From: a virus
Taxonomy: Duplodnaviria; Caudoviricetes
IMG/VR virus record: IMGVR_UViG_3300037419_001009
Coordinates: 1 to 46,108 of that record
DNA: 46,108 bases
Strand: one strand, 5' to 3'
Shown here: piece by piece, positions 8,495 to 17,926 of the stretch
Numbering within the stretch: position 1 is the stretch's first letter
Layout: every line of letters starts with the position of its first letter
Notes under the pieces: generated by a model
What the model was told of the DNA's origin: nothing
Databases searched by the model: none
Seen by the model: only the letters and a program-made list of their open reading frames with translations
Position numbers and translations under genes: made by a program

Positions 8495-9318
8495 CCCGCA
8501 CCCTCCTCATCGACGCTGACCTCCTCGCCTACCGCGCTACCGCAGCCAACGAGCGGAGATATGACTGGTCCGGCACGGGCCAGTTCTCCGTGGCGGCAGA
8601 CGAGGAGGCTGCCCGTCAGGTGGCCTCTGAGGAGATCGAGCGCCTGGCTGACAGGCTCCGAGCAGATGACGTTCTAATTTGCCTGTCGGACGACTTCAAC
8701 TCCTTCCGCAAGGAAAGGGTTGACCCGACCTACAAGGCAGTCCGTGCCGGGGTCGAACGGCCGCAGCATCTCTACGACCTCAAGGAGTGGCTGGCGGAGA
8801 CCTACGACCATGCACGCTGGACGGCCTTAGAGGCAGACGACGTCATGGGCATCATCGCCACGGACCCCACCAGGACCGACGAGAGGATCATCGTCTCGGC
8901 CGATAAGGATATGCAGACGATCCCCGGCAAGCTCTACCGCCCTCAAGACGGGAAGGTCCGGGAGATCAGCGTCGAGGAAGCCGACCGCTTCCACCTCTGG
9001 CAGACCATTGTGGGTGACACGACGGACGGCTATCCGGGTCTTCCGGGTGCCGGGCCGGCAGAAGCGGAGCTTCTCCTCGACCGGCAGGGGTGGGAGCCCT
9101 ACGTCCACACGTTCAAGTCCGGGCCTCGAAAGGGTCTGGAGGAAAAGCGGTGGCGGAGGATGGAGTTCTCAACCGCTTGGTCGGCCATCGTCTCGGCTTA
9201 TTGGAAAGCCGGGCTCTCAGAGGAGGACGCCCTGACGCAAGCTCGTCTAGCGCGCATCCTCCGCTACGAGGATGTTGACGGCCGAACCCCTCGACTCTGG
9301 AACCCGCCAGCAGGCTAG
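8491..9318 (+). CDS. 5'-3' exonuclease (T7 gp6-like), probable CTG start
   Basis: 'LLIDADLLAY' lies upstream of the track start; 'LEADDVMGI', 'SADKDM.TIPG', 'GDTTDGYPG.PG.G'. Confidence 0.92.
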   Translation: MTRTLLIDADLLAYRATAANERRYDWSGTGQFSVAADEEAARQVASEEIERLADRLRADDVLICLSDDFNSFRKERVDPTYKAVRAGVERPQHLYDLKEWLAETYDHARWTALEADDVMGIIATDPTRTDERIIVSADKDMQTIPGKLYRPQDGKVREISVEEADRFHLWQTIVGDTTDGYPGLPGAGPAEAELLLDRQGWEPYVHTFKSGPRKGLEEKRWRRMEFSTAWSAIVSAYWKAGLSEEDALTQARLARILRYEDVDGRTPRLWNPPAG

Positions 9319-9333
9319 GCACGCTTATGTGTC
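9318..9333 (+). promoter_or_regulatory. Operator-like site GGCACGCTTATGTGTC upstream of late promoter
   Basis: Member of the repeated 16-bp motif family. Confidence 0.7.
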
Positions 9334-9358
9334 ATTGTGCCGCACTATTATGGGGACC
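9328..9358 (+). promoter_or_regulatory. Putative phage-RNAP late promoter (CCGCAC-TATTA-TGGGGACC)
   Basis: Precedes virion module; 28/29 identical to reverse complement of 33220-33248; same core as 45163-45181. Confidence 0.75.
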
Positions 9359-9428
9359 TCCAGGGTCCCCTAGGTAGGTATGGCGTAAGAACCTACTGCC
9401 TACGCAGCACTGGCACACCGAAAATTGT

Positions 9429-9471
9429 AGGGCTCCGGAAGTTTCCCTTGTCGGGAGCCGGAGCCCTTTTT
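9429..9471 (+). terminator. Intrinsic terminator-like hairpin in the late leader
   Basis: AGGGCTCCGG...CCGGAGCCCT followed by TTTT. Confidence 0.6.
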
Positions 9472-9700
9472 GCCAGGAGTGCAAACTTTGCAGAAGTTTC
9501 CCGCGACGTCGGGGGAGCTGATCCGCACGCTTGAGGGCCTCTTTCCTGAGGTCATCGCGAAGCCGGGCGATCCCCCTGACAAGATATTCCATGCGTCCGG
9601 CCAGAGGTCGGTGATCCAGTTTCTCAAGCAATGGCGCGACGGCGCCCTCCAGCCGGCTCCTCAAGAGCGGCCCCGAGGGAGAGGCCGACCCACGCGCTGA
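9470..9700 (+). CDS. Small conserved T7-like phage protein upstream of portal (start uncertain)
   Basis: 'LIRTLEGLFP...SGQRSVIQFLK' motif and position. Confidence 0.65.
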   Translation: MPGVQTLQKFPATSGELIRTLEGLFPEVIAKPGDPPDKIFHASGQRSVIQFLKQWRDGALQPAPQERPRGRGRPTR

Positions 9701-9713
9701 GGAGACCCCTTAC

Positions 9714-10031
9714 GTGTGCGTAGTCGACACGCCTGAAATCCCACAGCCGACGCCTCAAGAGCAGAACAAACCTCTCCCGATTATCCGCAACCCGATCCTC
9801 GATGGCCTCCTCGGCAACATCGCGGCCACCCGCGCCGGCACGAGCGCCTTCCGGATCGACCTCGTGAACCCCCTAACCATCCCCTCAGGTCCCGGCCCAG
9901 GCGCCGGCGGAGGTGGTGGTGGCGGCAGCGGGGGAGGCGGCAGCGGAGGTGGTGGCGGCACGAGCGGTGGATCGTCCGACGGCGAAGTAATCGGAACCGG
10001 CACGTTCACCAAGTTCGGCGGCCGCGGGTAA
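9714..10031 (+). CDS. Gly-rich small virion protein (gp6.7/gp7.3-like position)
   Basis: MC- start, GAGGAG RBS, directly before portal. Confidence 0.55.
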   Translation: MCVVDTPEIPQPTPQEQNKPLPIIRNPILDGLLGNIAATRAGTSAFRIDLVNPLTIPSGPGPGAGGGGGGGSGGGGSGGGGGTSGGSSDGEVIGTGTFTKFGGRG

Positions 10032-10037
10032 CGCCAG

Positions 10038-11621
10038 ATGGCTTCCGCCTCAGCTCGTTACTCGTTGCTCCAGCGCGGCCGCAATACGGTCCTGGAGCAG
10101 GCCCGCGCCGCGGCGAAGCTGACGATCCCTGGCCTCATCCCCGAGGCCGGAGCGTCGGACCCCCACGACGTCGCCGAGCAGCCTTATAGTTCCCTCGGAG
10201 CCCATGGCGTAAACAACGTCTCGGCCAAGTTGCTCCTCTCGCTCTTCCCGCCTCAGAGGCCATTCTTCCGGCTCGAGATTGCGGCGAACACTGCCAAGCA
10301 GATGGGCAGCAGCCTCGGCCCCGCTAATGAAGCGCTAGCCGGCATCAGCACCGCGGCCCAATCGCTCGTCGAAGGGTCCGGCTCGCGGCCCATGTGGATG
10401 GAAGTGTTCCGCCACCTGGTCGTCGCCGGCAACGTGCTGGTCTACCACCCCGAAGACGGAACGGCCATGCGAGTGTGGCGGCTGGACCAGTATGTGGTCC
10501 GGCGCGATGCTCAGGGCCGACTGCTCGAAGCGGTCATTGAAGAGGAGGTCTACCCCTCAGAGCTCGAAGAGTCTGTCCTCCAGGCCGTCAACATTACGCC
10601 TGACGAGCACGAGCCGGGGCACCCTTCGGACAAGAGCGAAGACAAGATCAAGGTCTACACGATGATCCTCCGCGAGGGGGACAACGTGCTGCACTACCAA
10701 GAGATCAACGACATCGAGGTCCCCGGCTCCCGCGGGCAGGCGAAAGCCGACGTGGCGGGCTGGCAAGCGCTTCGGTGGCAGGCCGTCCCAGGGTCCGACT
10801 ATGGGCGCTCGATGGTCTCCGAATATGCCGGTGACTTCCTCTCTCTCGAAGAGGGGTGGAAGGCGGTCATTCAGTTCGCGGCCGAAGCGGCGCGCATCCT
10901 TCGCATTGCCGATCCCAACTCGGGCATCGACATCGAAGAGTTTGCCCAAGCGGAGACCGGGGACGTCCTCACCGGGTTCGTGGACAAAATCCAGACCTTG
11001 CAGCTCGACAAGCAAGCGGATTTTAACACGCTCTGGAATGTTCTTCAGAGCATTGAGCGGCGCCTCTCGCAGGCGTTTCTACTGACAGCAAACACTATCC
11101 GGGACGCCGAGCGCGTCACGGCGGAAGAAATCCGCGCGGTTGCGCAGGAGCTAGAGGACTCGTTCGGCGGCACCTATACGGTGCTCTCGGCCGAGGCTCA
11201 GGCGCCTTACGCTCGCCGCGTCCTCTATATCCTCAATAAGCAGGGCAAGGCGCCCAAGCTGCCAGCTACGGTTACCCCTCAGGTGGTCACCGGGTTCTCG
11301 GCTCTGGGCCAGACGCATGAGGCTGCCGCGATCATAGAGTGGCTTAAAGGGCTGCTCGAGATATTTGGCGAGAAAGCTCTCGCCTCCGAGGTCAAGTTCT
11401 CGGAGGTCGCTCTTCGCACGGGAACCTCACAAGGCATCACTGATGTCGCCGGGCTGCTCTACTCCGATCAGGAGAAGGCCGCCAACCAGCAATCCGCGAT
11501 GAACGCCAACACCACGGCGGCCGTCGCTCCAGAGCTGGCTAAGGGCGCTATGAATATGATGGCCAAGGACCCCAAAGCGGCTGCCCAAGTAGCGGAGCAA
11601 ATCAACGGTAATGGCCAGTAA
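10038..11621 (+). CDS. Portal / head-tail connector (gp8-like)
   Basis: 'YSSLGA.GVNN..KL...LFP..PFFRL', 'YGRS.V', 'RDAERVTAEEIR..AQELE...GG.Y'. Confidence 0.95.
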   Translation: MASASARYSLLQRGRNTVLEQARAAAKLTIPGLIPEAGASDPHDVAEQPYSSLGAHGVNNVSAKLLLSLFPPQRPFFRLEIAANTAKQMGSSLGPANEALAGISTAAQSLVEGSGSRPMWMEVFRHLVVAGNVLVYHPEDGTAMRVWRLDQYVVRRDAQGRLLEAVIEEEVYPSELEESVLQAVNITPDEHEPGHPSDKSEDKIKVYTMILREGDNVLHYQEINDIEVPGSRGQAKADVAGWQALRWQAVPGSDYGRSMVSEYAGDFLSLEEGWKAVIQFAAEAARILRIADPNSGIDIEEFAQAETGDVLTGFVDKIQTLQLDKQADFNTLWNVLQSIERRLSQAFLLTANTIRDAERVTAEEIRAVAQELEDSFGGTYTVLSAEAQAPYARRVLYILNKQGKAPKLPATVTPQVVTGFSALGQTHEAAAIIEWLKGLLEIFGEKALASEVKFSEVALRTGTSQGITDVAGLLYSDQEKAANQQSAMNANTTAAVAPELAKGAMNMMAKDPKAAAQVAEQINGNGQ

Positions 11622-11868
11622 AAATAAAGCACAGCCGGCGTCGGATAACGGCGCCATCGACACGTCTTCTGACCTCCTCGCCGAACTTCACGAGCAGGAA
11701 GTCGAGCGCGTTGAGCTAGCCCACGGAACCATTCTCGAGACCAACACGGTCTACGAGGATCGCACAGACAATCCAGAGGCAGAGCGGGATGTCGAATATG
11801 AGACCGAGGACGAAGACCTCGGCAACGGCACGATCCTGACGCACGTCCTGGGGGCGAAGGCTGAATAA
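11611..11868 (+). CDS. Acidic hypothetical protein
   Basis: Between portal and scaffold; internal repeat ELAHGTIL / DLGNGTIL. Confidence 0.6.
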   Translation: MASKNKAQPASDNGAIDTSSDLLAELHEQEVERVELAHGTILETNTVYEDRTDNPEAERDVEYETEDEDLGNGTILTHVLGAKAE

Positions 11869-12737
11869 TGCTGGACGGCGAACAAACCGTAGACGACGGC
11901 ATTGTCGAGGACATTGCAGGGACTCCCTCGTTTCAGGCCAGCCCTGGCGAGGTGGACCCGTTCCAGAAGGTCGAGCCCCACGCTAGGCCGGACAATATCC
12001 CGGAGAAGTTCTGGGATGCCGATAAAGGCGTCCTCAACACCGACGCTCTTCTGAAATCCTACTCTGAGCTGGAGAAACAGTTCAGCCTCAAGGGTGAAGA
12101 AGAGGAGCCTGGAGGCGAGCCAAAGCCAGAGGGTGAAGAGAAACTTACCGGCGAGGAAACCCCTGAGGGCGAAGAGAAGCCCAAAGAGGAAGAGGAAGAG
12201 CAGCCCGCTCCTAGCGACCTCACGGCCGCCGTGGAAGCCGCCCAGGTAGCTTATGCTGAGTCCGGGACGCTAAGCGCAGAGCTTCGCGCTCCCTTCCTTG
12301 CGGCCGGCATCTCTGACGCCCAGATTGATCTCTATCTCGCCGGCGTGAAAGCGCAGGAAGAAGGGATCAAGCAGGCGGCCGTGAAGGCTGCCGGCGTGGA
12401 CTCCTACGAGGAGGTCCAAGCGGCTGTTGCCTGGGCCGCCGAGAACTGGACGCCGAAGAAGATCGAAGCCTTCAATGCTCAGGCCAGCGACGTAGAAACC
12501 GTTGGGCTTGCCGTTACGGCTCTCTTCAAAGACTACCGAGATGCGAACCCCGGCGAAGGCCGGCTCACGAACGTGGGTGGTGGCACGAACCGCGGGGACG
12601 TTTACACGAGTAAGGATCAGTATGCGGTCGACCTTAACAAGGCGGACGCCCTCGCTGATCCCCAGGAACGCCGCCTCGCTCGGCGAGCTGCCGTCGCCAA
12701 GATGGAGCGTTCGATCAAGGCCAAGTCCCTGAGATAA
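11868..12737 (+). CDS. Capsid scaffolding protein (gp9-like)
   Basis: 'PEKF...LKSYSELEK', acidic linker, 'WAAEN....IEAFN'. Confidence 0.88.
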   Translation: MLDGEQTVDDGIVEDIAGTPSFQASPGEVDPFQKVEPHARPDNIPEKFWDADKGVLNTDALLKSYSELEKQFSLKGEEEEPGGEPKPEGEEKLTGEETPEGEEKPKEEEEEQPAPSDLTAAVEAAQVAYAESGTLSAELRAPFLAAGISDAQIDLYLAGVKAQEEGIKQAAVKAAGVDSYEEVQAAVAWAAENWTPKKIEAFNAQASDVETVGLAVTALFKDYRDANPGEGRLTNVGGGTNRGDVYTSKDQYAVDLNKADALADPQERRLARRAAVAKMERSIKAKSLR

Positions 12738-13003
12738 ACCCATCCGGAGCCCGCGCCCGCACAGCGTCGCGCTCCGAACCCCCTTCGCTTGTGCGGCGAA
12801 GGGCTATCCCCCCGCTGCTTTCGAGCGCGGGACGCGGCCTGGGGCAGAAGATGCCCTGGGCCGCTTAATTTTACCCAGACGACCAAGAGATAATCCGACA
12901 GAGCCGTGAGGGCCGGGGTGCGCCCTGATACCCCTCCGTCAGAGCTCCGGACCTTGAGGAAATGGGCAGCAAGAACCCAACCCTCATCGAAAGAACCAAC
13001 TAA

Positions 13004-13954
13004 GTGAATAGCAATCCTTCACGTCCGGGTCTCCGCGAAGGCGGCACGGACGCGCTCGAGCTCTTCCTGAGCACGCGCGGCCAAGAGGTGCTGACCGCTT
13101 ATGGCGCTGAGCTCAAGGTGGCAGGAACGATCCTGTCGCAGAGCCTCAAGGGCGCCAAGGACGCCAAGTTTATGGCGTTCTGGAACGCGGACGTTCAGTA
13201 TCACACCCCCGGTGTTGAGATCACCGGCGGCCAGGTTGCGTCGCAGGACGTGACCGTCTCTCCGGATCAGAAGCTCATCAGCTCGGTCTTCGTCTCGGAC
13301 GAGGACGAGGCGCTCTTCGATCTCGACGTGCGCTCGCCTTACACCGACGCGATGGGCCGCGCGATGGCGGAACACTACGACGCCAACGTCGCCCGCATGA
13401 TCGTCAAGTCGTCCCGCCAGGGTGCACTCTTCGCGGGTGACTCGGGCGGCTCCGCGCTGACGAACGCTGCGTTCGCCACGACCGCCACCACGCTCTTCGA
13501 CGGCATCAGCCAGGCGAAAGAGACGATGGACGGCAAGAAGGTCCCGGTGAACTCGCAGCCTGTTCGGGCGATCCTCCCGACGGCACAGTGGTATCTGCTC
13601 GCGCGTAGCGACAAGAACCTGAACCGCGACTTCAACGGCGGCGTGGCCAACATCCAGAAGCACACGCTGACGACCATCGACGACATCGAGGTCATCAAGT
13701 CGAACAACCTGAACAGCGTGTTCGGGGCGAACGATAGCGCCAACGCGGCCATCCCGTCGGCGTATCGCATCGACCTGACCAACACGCGCGGCGCGGTCTA
13801 CACCCCGTATGCCGCGGCGACCGCTGTCGTGTTCGACCTGGGCTTCCAGTTCGTCCCGCAGCCGGAGAAGCAGGGCAACCTCCTGATCTCCCGCCGCATG
13901 GTCGGCACCCGCCCGCTTCGGTCGAAGACCGCCGTCGAACTCAAGATCGCCTAA
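13004..13954 (+). CDS. Major capsid protein (gp10-like)
   Basis: 'ALELFL...EVLTAY', 'YHTPG', 'DVRSPY...MGRA.A..YD'. Confidence 0.93.
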   Translation: MNSNPSRPGLREGGTDALELFLSTRGQEVLTAYGAELKVAGTILSQSLKGAKDAKFMAFWNADVQYHTPGVEITGGQVASQDVTVSPDQKLISSVFVSDEDEALFDLDVRSPYTDAMGRAMAEHYDANVARMIVKSSRQGALFAGDSGGSALTNAAFATTATTLFDGISQAKETMDGKKVPVNSQPVRAILPTAQWYLLARSDKNLNRDFNGGVANIQKHTLTTIDDIEVIKSNNLNSVFGANDSANAAIPSAYRIDLTNTRGAVYTPYAAATAVVFDLGFQFVPQPEKQGNLLISRRMVGTRPLRSKTAVELKIA

Positions 13955-13969
13955 GGAAGGAACGAACCA

Positions 13970-14383
13970 ATGGCACAAGTCACCTCGTTCCGTAGCGACA
14001 AGAACAACGGCATCTCGACCGCCATGCACCACATTCAGCGCGTGCTGAGCGTGGTCAACGGCTCGGCCGCGAGCGGCGATAACATTGAGGTCTGGGGCCA
14101 GGCTCCAGGCCGCAAGGGCCGCATCCACAAGGTAATCGTCCGGACGTCCGGATCGCTCGGCGCGAGCTGTGTGGTCACCCCGCAGATCAACGTCAGCGGC
14201 ACCCGCACGGCAGTTGCCGGCGGCACGACCGCGGGCTCGGCCAGTAAAGTCGAGTCTGACGCGGACAGCGATGTCCCGTTCGACCTGAGCGGAGGCGAAG
14301 TCCTTGAACTCGCCGTGAGCGGCGCCGGCATCGGCGCCACCGCGACGATCACCGTCGACATCTACGAGTCGGCGCGTCCGTAA
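13970..14383 (+). CDS. Putative capsid decoration / minor virion protein
   Basis: Between capsid gene and terminator; small-residue-rich, beta-like composition. Confidence 0.55.
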   Translation: MAQVTSFRSDKNNGISTAMHHIQRVLSVVNGSAASGDNIEVWGQAPGRKGRIHKVIVRTSGSLGASCVVTPQINVSGTRTAVAGGTTAGSASKVESDADSDVPFDLSGGEVLELAVSGAGIGATATITVDIYESARP

Positions 14384-14394
14384 CGGAACCCAAG

Positions 14395-14431
14395 AGGGGG
14401 CCGGGCCTAACCCGGCTCGGTCCCCTTTTTT
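14395..14431 (+). terminator. T-phi-like terminator after capsid genes
   Basis: GGGGCCGGGCC/GGCTCGGTCCCC stem followed by T6. Confidence 0.85.
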
Positions 14432-14452
14432 GCCCCCTAAGGAGCCCCTCCT

Positions 14453-15079
14453 GTGAACCTCCTGTCCCCCATGACCGACCTCGAAGCGGTCAACCGGATG
14501 CTGGCCAGCATCGGCGGCTCCCCCGTGAACACCCTCGAGGTCCCCGGAGTGGGCGACGTAGCGGACGCCAAGCGGCAGCTCAATGAAGCGCTGCGCGACG
14601 TGCAAAGCGTCGGCTATAGTTGGAACACCGACTACGGCTTCTCCCTAACCCCCGACCCGGTGACTGGAGCAATCTTGCTCCCCGAAGGCGTCCTCGACAT
14701 CGACGCCTCCGACGGGACCCTCTCTATTGTCGTGCGACAGCACCCGACGCTGGACCAGCTCGCGCTATACGACGCCGACAATCATACCTTCGACTTCAGC
14801 ACGACCTTCAGCGCGGATAACCCGCTAACGGTCGACGTCATCTGGGGCTTCCCGTTTAATCATCTGCCCCAGGCCGCGCGGACCTACATCGCGACGGCCG
14901 CGGCCCGACGCTTCCAGGCGCAGAAGGTGAACTCTCCGATCCTCGACCGCTTCGATGAGATGGACGAGGCCCGCGCGTTCCTACTGCTCCAGCGATACGA
15001 GCGCCGCTCGCGCGACACCAACAGTTTCCGGCGCTCCGCGTCCCTCCAGAAGTGGACCGGACGGAGAGCCCTCGGCTAA
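14453..15079 (+). CDS. Tail tubular protein A (gp11-like)
   Basis: 'LEAVNRMLASIG..PVNTL', 'VQS.G.SWN', 'LP..AR.YI...AAR.F'. Confidence 0.92.
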   Translation: MNLLSPMTDLEAVNRMLASIGGSPVNTLEVPGVGDVADAKRQLNEALRDVQSVGYSWNTDYGFSLTPDPVTGAILLPEGVLDIDASDGTLSIVVRQHPTLDQLALYDADNHTFDFSTTFSADNPLTVDVIWGFPFNHLPQAARTYIATAAARRFQAQKVNSPILDRFDEMDEARAFLLLQRYERRSRDTNSFRRSASLQKWTGRRALG

Positions 15080-15094
15080 ATTAAGGAGACCGCT

Positions 15095-17266
15095 GTGGCG
15101 CTCATTACGCGCACGCTGCCGGCTATTCTAAACGGAGTAAGCCAGCAGCCGGCGATCCTCCGCTCCTCCGATCAGACTGAAGACGAACTCAACACCTGGA
15201 GCAAGATTGCGGAAGGCGTCTCTCGCCGCCCGCCAACCCAGGTAGTCAGCAAGATCGCCGGTCTATCGGTCAGCCCAAACGTGTCGATCCACCACATCAA
15301 CCGCGACATCAATGAGCGGTATCTGGTGTTGATCCAGCAGGGCAGCATCCGCGTCTTTGACGAAACCACTGGCGCGGAGAAGACCGTGAACGCCCCCGAC
15401 GGCTTCGGCTATCTCGACCAAGATGCAGACGTTTACCGCGCCTCGTCCATCGCCGATTACACCTTCATCGTTAACCCGACGAAGACGGTTCAGCTCCTCG
15501 CCGCTGGGCAGGACACGGTCGACGTCCCCACGCACTACCGCTTCCCTGGCGGCAACTCACCGCAAGGGATCGTTCGCCTAACCGCGATCCTCCTGGCCTC
15601 TCAGGCCGCGCAGTATGCCAAGAACCGGACGCCCGGAACCTTCACGGCGACCGTAAAGTCGCCCGATAAGCTGCCCGATCCGGTCTGTAATGGCTGCATT
15701 TATCGGGTCCTCGGCAGCAACGACACCGCCTTTGTCTCTTACTACGTGCAAGGCGACGGGTCGGTCTGGAACGAGACGGTCAAGCCCGGACTCCAGAACC
15801 GCATCGACGAAACCACCATGCCGTGGGCGCTGGTTCGCGAAAGCGACGGAACCTTCACCTTCGCGCCCTTCTCTTGGGCGCCGCGTCGGGTCGGCGATGA
15901 AGACACCAATCCGCTCCCGCCGTTCATCGGCCGGACGATCCGCGACGTCTTCTTCTACCAGAACCGTCTAGGGTTCGTGGTCGACACGGGCGTCGTGTTC
16001 TCTGGTGCTGGCGACTACGGAGACTTCTGGCGCCGCACGGTGCTCGACTACATCGACTCCGACTCCCTTTCGGCGGACGCTGCGACCACAGACGTGGCCG
16101 TCATCGACTACGCTCTCCCGTTCTCGGACGGGGTGATGCTCTTCTCGCGGCAGAAGCAATTTGCTCTCACCAATGGTGACAGCGGCCTCAGCGCTCACAG
16201 CATCGCCATTACTCCGGTCACCAATTACGTGATGGCCCAGGGAGTTCGGCCAACGCCAATGGGCAGCCAAGTCCACTTCCTGTCGGACGCCCGCGGCTTC
16301 GTCTCCGTCCAGGAGTATAGCCGCTTGAGCGGGTCTAACCCCACGGAAGCGGCGGACATCACCGCCCACGTGCCCCATCTGATCCCCAAAGGTGCCTCTC
16401 AGCTTGTCCCTCTAGCGGACCTCGGAGCCCTTGCGGTGGTCCTTCGAGGCACTCCTAAGGTCTTCGTCTATCAATTCTTCTGGGACTCCGACAAGAAGCT
16501 CCAGAGCGCATGGCGCCCCTGGAACCTTGGCAACGGCAACGTCATCACCGGGGCTTACGAGAGCGGCGCCTTATGGCTCCTGATGGAGCGCCCTGACGGG
16601 ACCTACCTGGAGAAGATTGACCTCCAGCCGTCCGGGCTCAGCTCGGGCCAAGATCACATGATCTTCCTGGACCGGCAGACGGCCCTGACGGGCGTCTACG
16701 ACGTCCCCACCGACACCACGACGTTCGACCTCGGCTACCCTCCGGACCCCGAGACGTTCCAGCTCGTCCGCGGATCGGCGTCTCCGACCCCGGAGAGTAT
16801 CATCAATCCGTCGAGCTATGTCATTTCCGGGACTACGGTCACCGTGCCGGGCAATGAGACCGGCTACACGGTCACCGGCGGGCAGCTCTATACGACCAAG
16901 CTGGTCTTCTCTCAGCAGTTCCCTCTGGATTGGCAGAACCGGCCGCTCACGTCCGGCCGCCTTCAGCTCCATAGCCTGACGGTCAACGTCACCGACACTG
17001 CGTATCTGCGGGCGGAGGTCTATCCCTACGGAGCCCCGGCTCAAGCCCTCGAGGCTGGCCTTAAGCATGTCACGGAGTTCTCCCCGCGGGTTCTTTGGAG
17101 CCCCGCCTCGGCGCTTGGCCAGAAGGCTTACGCCACGGGACCGTTCACCTTTTCGGTGGGGGGAGAGTCCAAGGTCGCAAGGATCGAGCTCATCAACGAT
17201 ACGGCTTTCGACAGCACCCTCACCTCCGCGGAGTGGGAGGGGCTTTTCTTCTCGCGGGCTCAGTAA
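15095..17266 (+). CDS. Tail tubular protein B (gp12-like)
   Basis: 'GVSQQP..LR', 'RRPPT', 'ADYTFIVN', 'FYQNRLGF', 'DITAHVP'. Confidence 0.93.
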   Translation: MALITRTLPAILNGVSQQPAILRSSDQTEDELNTWSKIAEGVSRRPPTQVVSKIAGLSVSPNVSIHHINRDINERYLVLIQQGSIRVFDETTGAEKTVNAPDGFGYLDQDADVYRASSIADYTFIVNPTKTVQLLAAGQDTVDVPTHYRFPGGNSPQGIVRLTAILLASQAAQYAKNRTPGTFTATVKSPDKLPDPVCNGCIYRVLGSNDTAFVSYYVQGDGSVWNETVKPGLQNRIDETTMPWALVRESDGTFTFAPFSWAPRRVGDEDTNPLPPFIGRTIRDVFFYQNRLGFVVDTGVVFSGAGDYGDFWRRTVLDYIDSDSLSADAATTDVAVIDYALPFSDGVMLFSRQKQFALTNGDSGLSAHSIAITPVTNYVMAQGVRPTPMGSQVHFLSDARGFVSVQEYSRLSGSNPTEAADITAHVPHLIPKGASQLVPLADLGALAVVLRGTPKVFVYQFFWDSDKKLQSAWRPWNLGNGNVITGAYESGALWLLMERPDGTYLEKIDLQPSGLSSGQDHMIFLDRQTALTGVYDVPTDTTTFDLGYPPDPETFQLVRGSASPTPESIINPSSYVISGTTVTVPGNETGYTVTGGQLYTTKLVFSQQFPLDWQNRPLTSGRLQLHSLTVNVTDTAYLRAEVYPYGAPAQALEAGLKHVTEFSPRVLWSPASALGQKAYATGPFTFSVGGESKVARIELINDTAFDSTLTSAEWEGLFFSRAQ

Positions 17267-17267
17267 C

Positions 17268-17444
17268 ATGGCGCGCTATGGAACCCGCCCTAAGGCGGAG
17301 TGGGATGACGACGTTCCGCTGCTTCCATCCTTGGATGTTCCCGAGCACGAGCCGGCCTGGACCGGGCTCGTCGACGCTAAGGGGGAGCCGATCTTTCGCT
17401 ACCCTAGGCCCGTCGGATTTGGCCGCGACAAGGAGTGGGCATGA
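17268..17444 (+). CDS. Small hypothetical protein (58 aa)
   Basis: ATG 17268; fills gap between gp12 and gp13. Confidence 0.5.
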   Translation: MARYGTRPKAEWDDDVPLLPSLDVPEHEPAWTGLVDAKGEPIFRYPRPVGFGRDKEWA

Positions 17445-17926
17445 CAGCCCGCGCCATCAATACCGCAACCCTCGACGAGGACACCGTCCGGGAAAGCCTC
17501 GAGCATATCGCGGCCAACCTCCGGCCGGCCGACCTCGCCGAGGTGCGCGCTACGGTCGGCGATGGGGACCCCTTCTGGCCTCTGTTTGAGTCCTGGGAGA
17601 AGTCCACCGCAAGCTGGCTGATCGTGGACGAAACCGGGCTCCCTATCGGGGTCTTCGGGGTTGCCCCCCACGTCGCCATGAAGGTCGGCATCGCGTGGCT
17701 TCTCGGGACCCCCGACATCGAAGCCGCGGCTCTCTCAGTGGCCCGCCAGACGCGCCGCTACGTGCGCGAGATGCAGGACATCTACCCGATCCTGTGGGCC
17801 AACGTGGATGCCCGCAATGAGCTCTCCACCAACTGGCTCTTCTGGGCCGGGTTCAACATGATCGACGCTGATCCGAACTTTGGGCCGGAGGAGCGTCTGT
17901 TCCTCCAGTTCTTAAGGACCGCCTAA
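17441..17926 (+). CDS. Internal virion protein A-like (gp13-like, acetyltransferase-like fold)
   Basis: 'LRPAD..EV', 'WLLGT', 'LWANVDARN......L...GF'. Confidence 0.8.
   Translation: MTARAINTATLDEDTVRESLEHIAANLRPADLAEVRATVGDGDPFWPLFESWEKSTASWLIVDETGLPIGVFGVAPHVAMKVGIAWLLGTPDIEAAALSVARQTRRYVREMQDIYPILWANVDARNELSTNWLFWAGFNMIDADPNFGPEERLFLQFLRTA

Noticed and set aside
9900-9975. GGC/GGT tandem repeats as a repeat element
   Set aside because: They encode a Gly/Ser linker within the 9714-10031 ORF.
13952-13972. Capsid read-through or frameshift fusion to 13970-14383 (T7 gp10B-like)
   Set aside because: The downstream ATG is in frame, but the stop is TAA, no slippery run is visible, and the second gene has its own AAGGA RBS.
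13019-14605. 528-aa minus-strand ORF opposite the capsid genes (and similar long antisense ORFs)
   Set aside because: Shadow of strongly biased high-GC codon usage; no motifs or RBS recognised.
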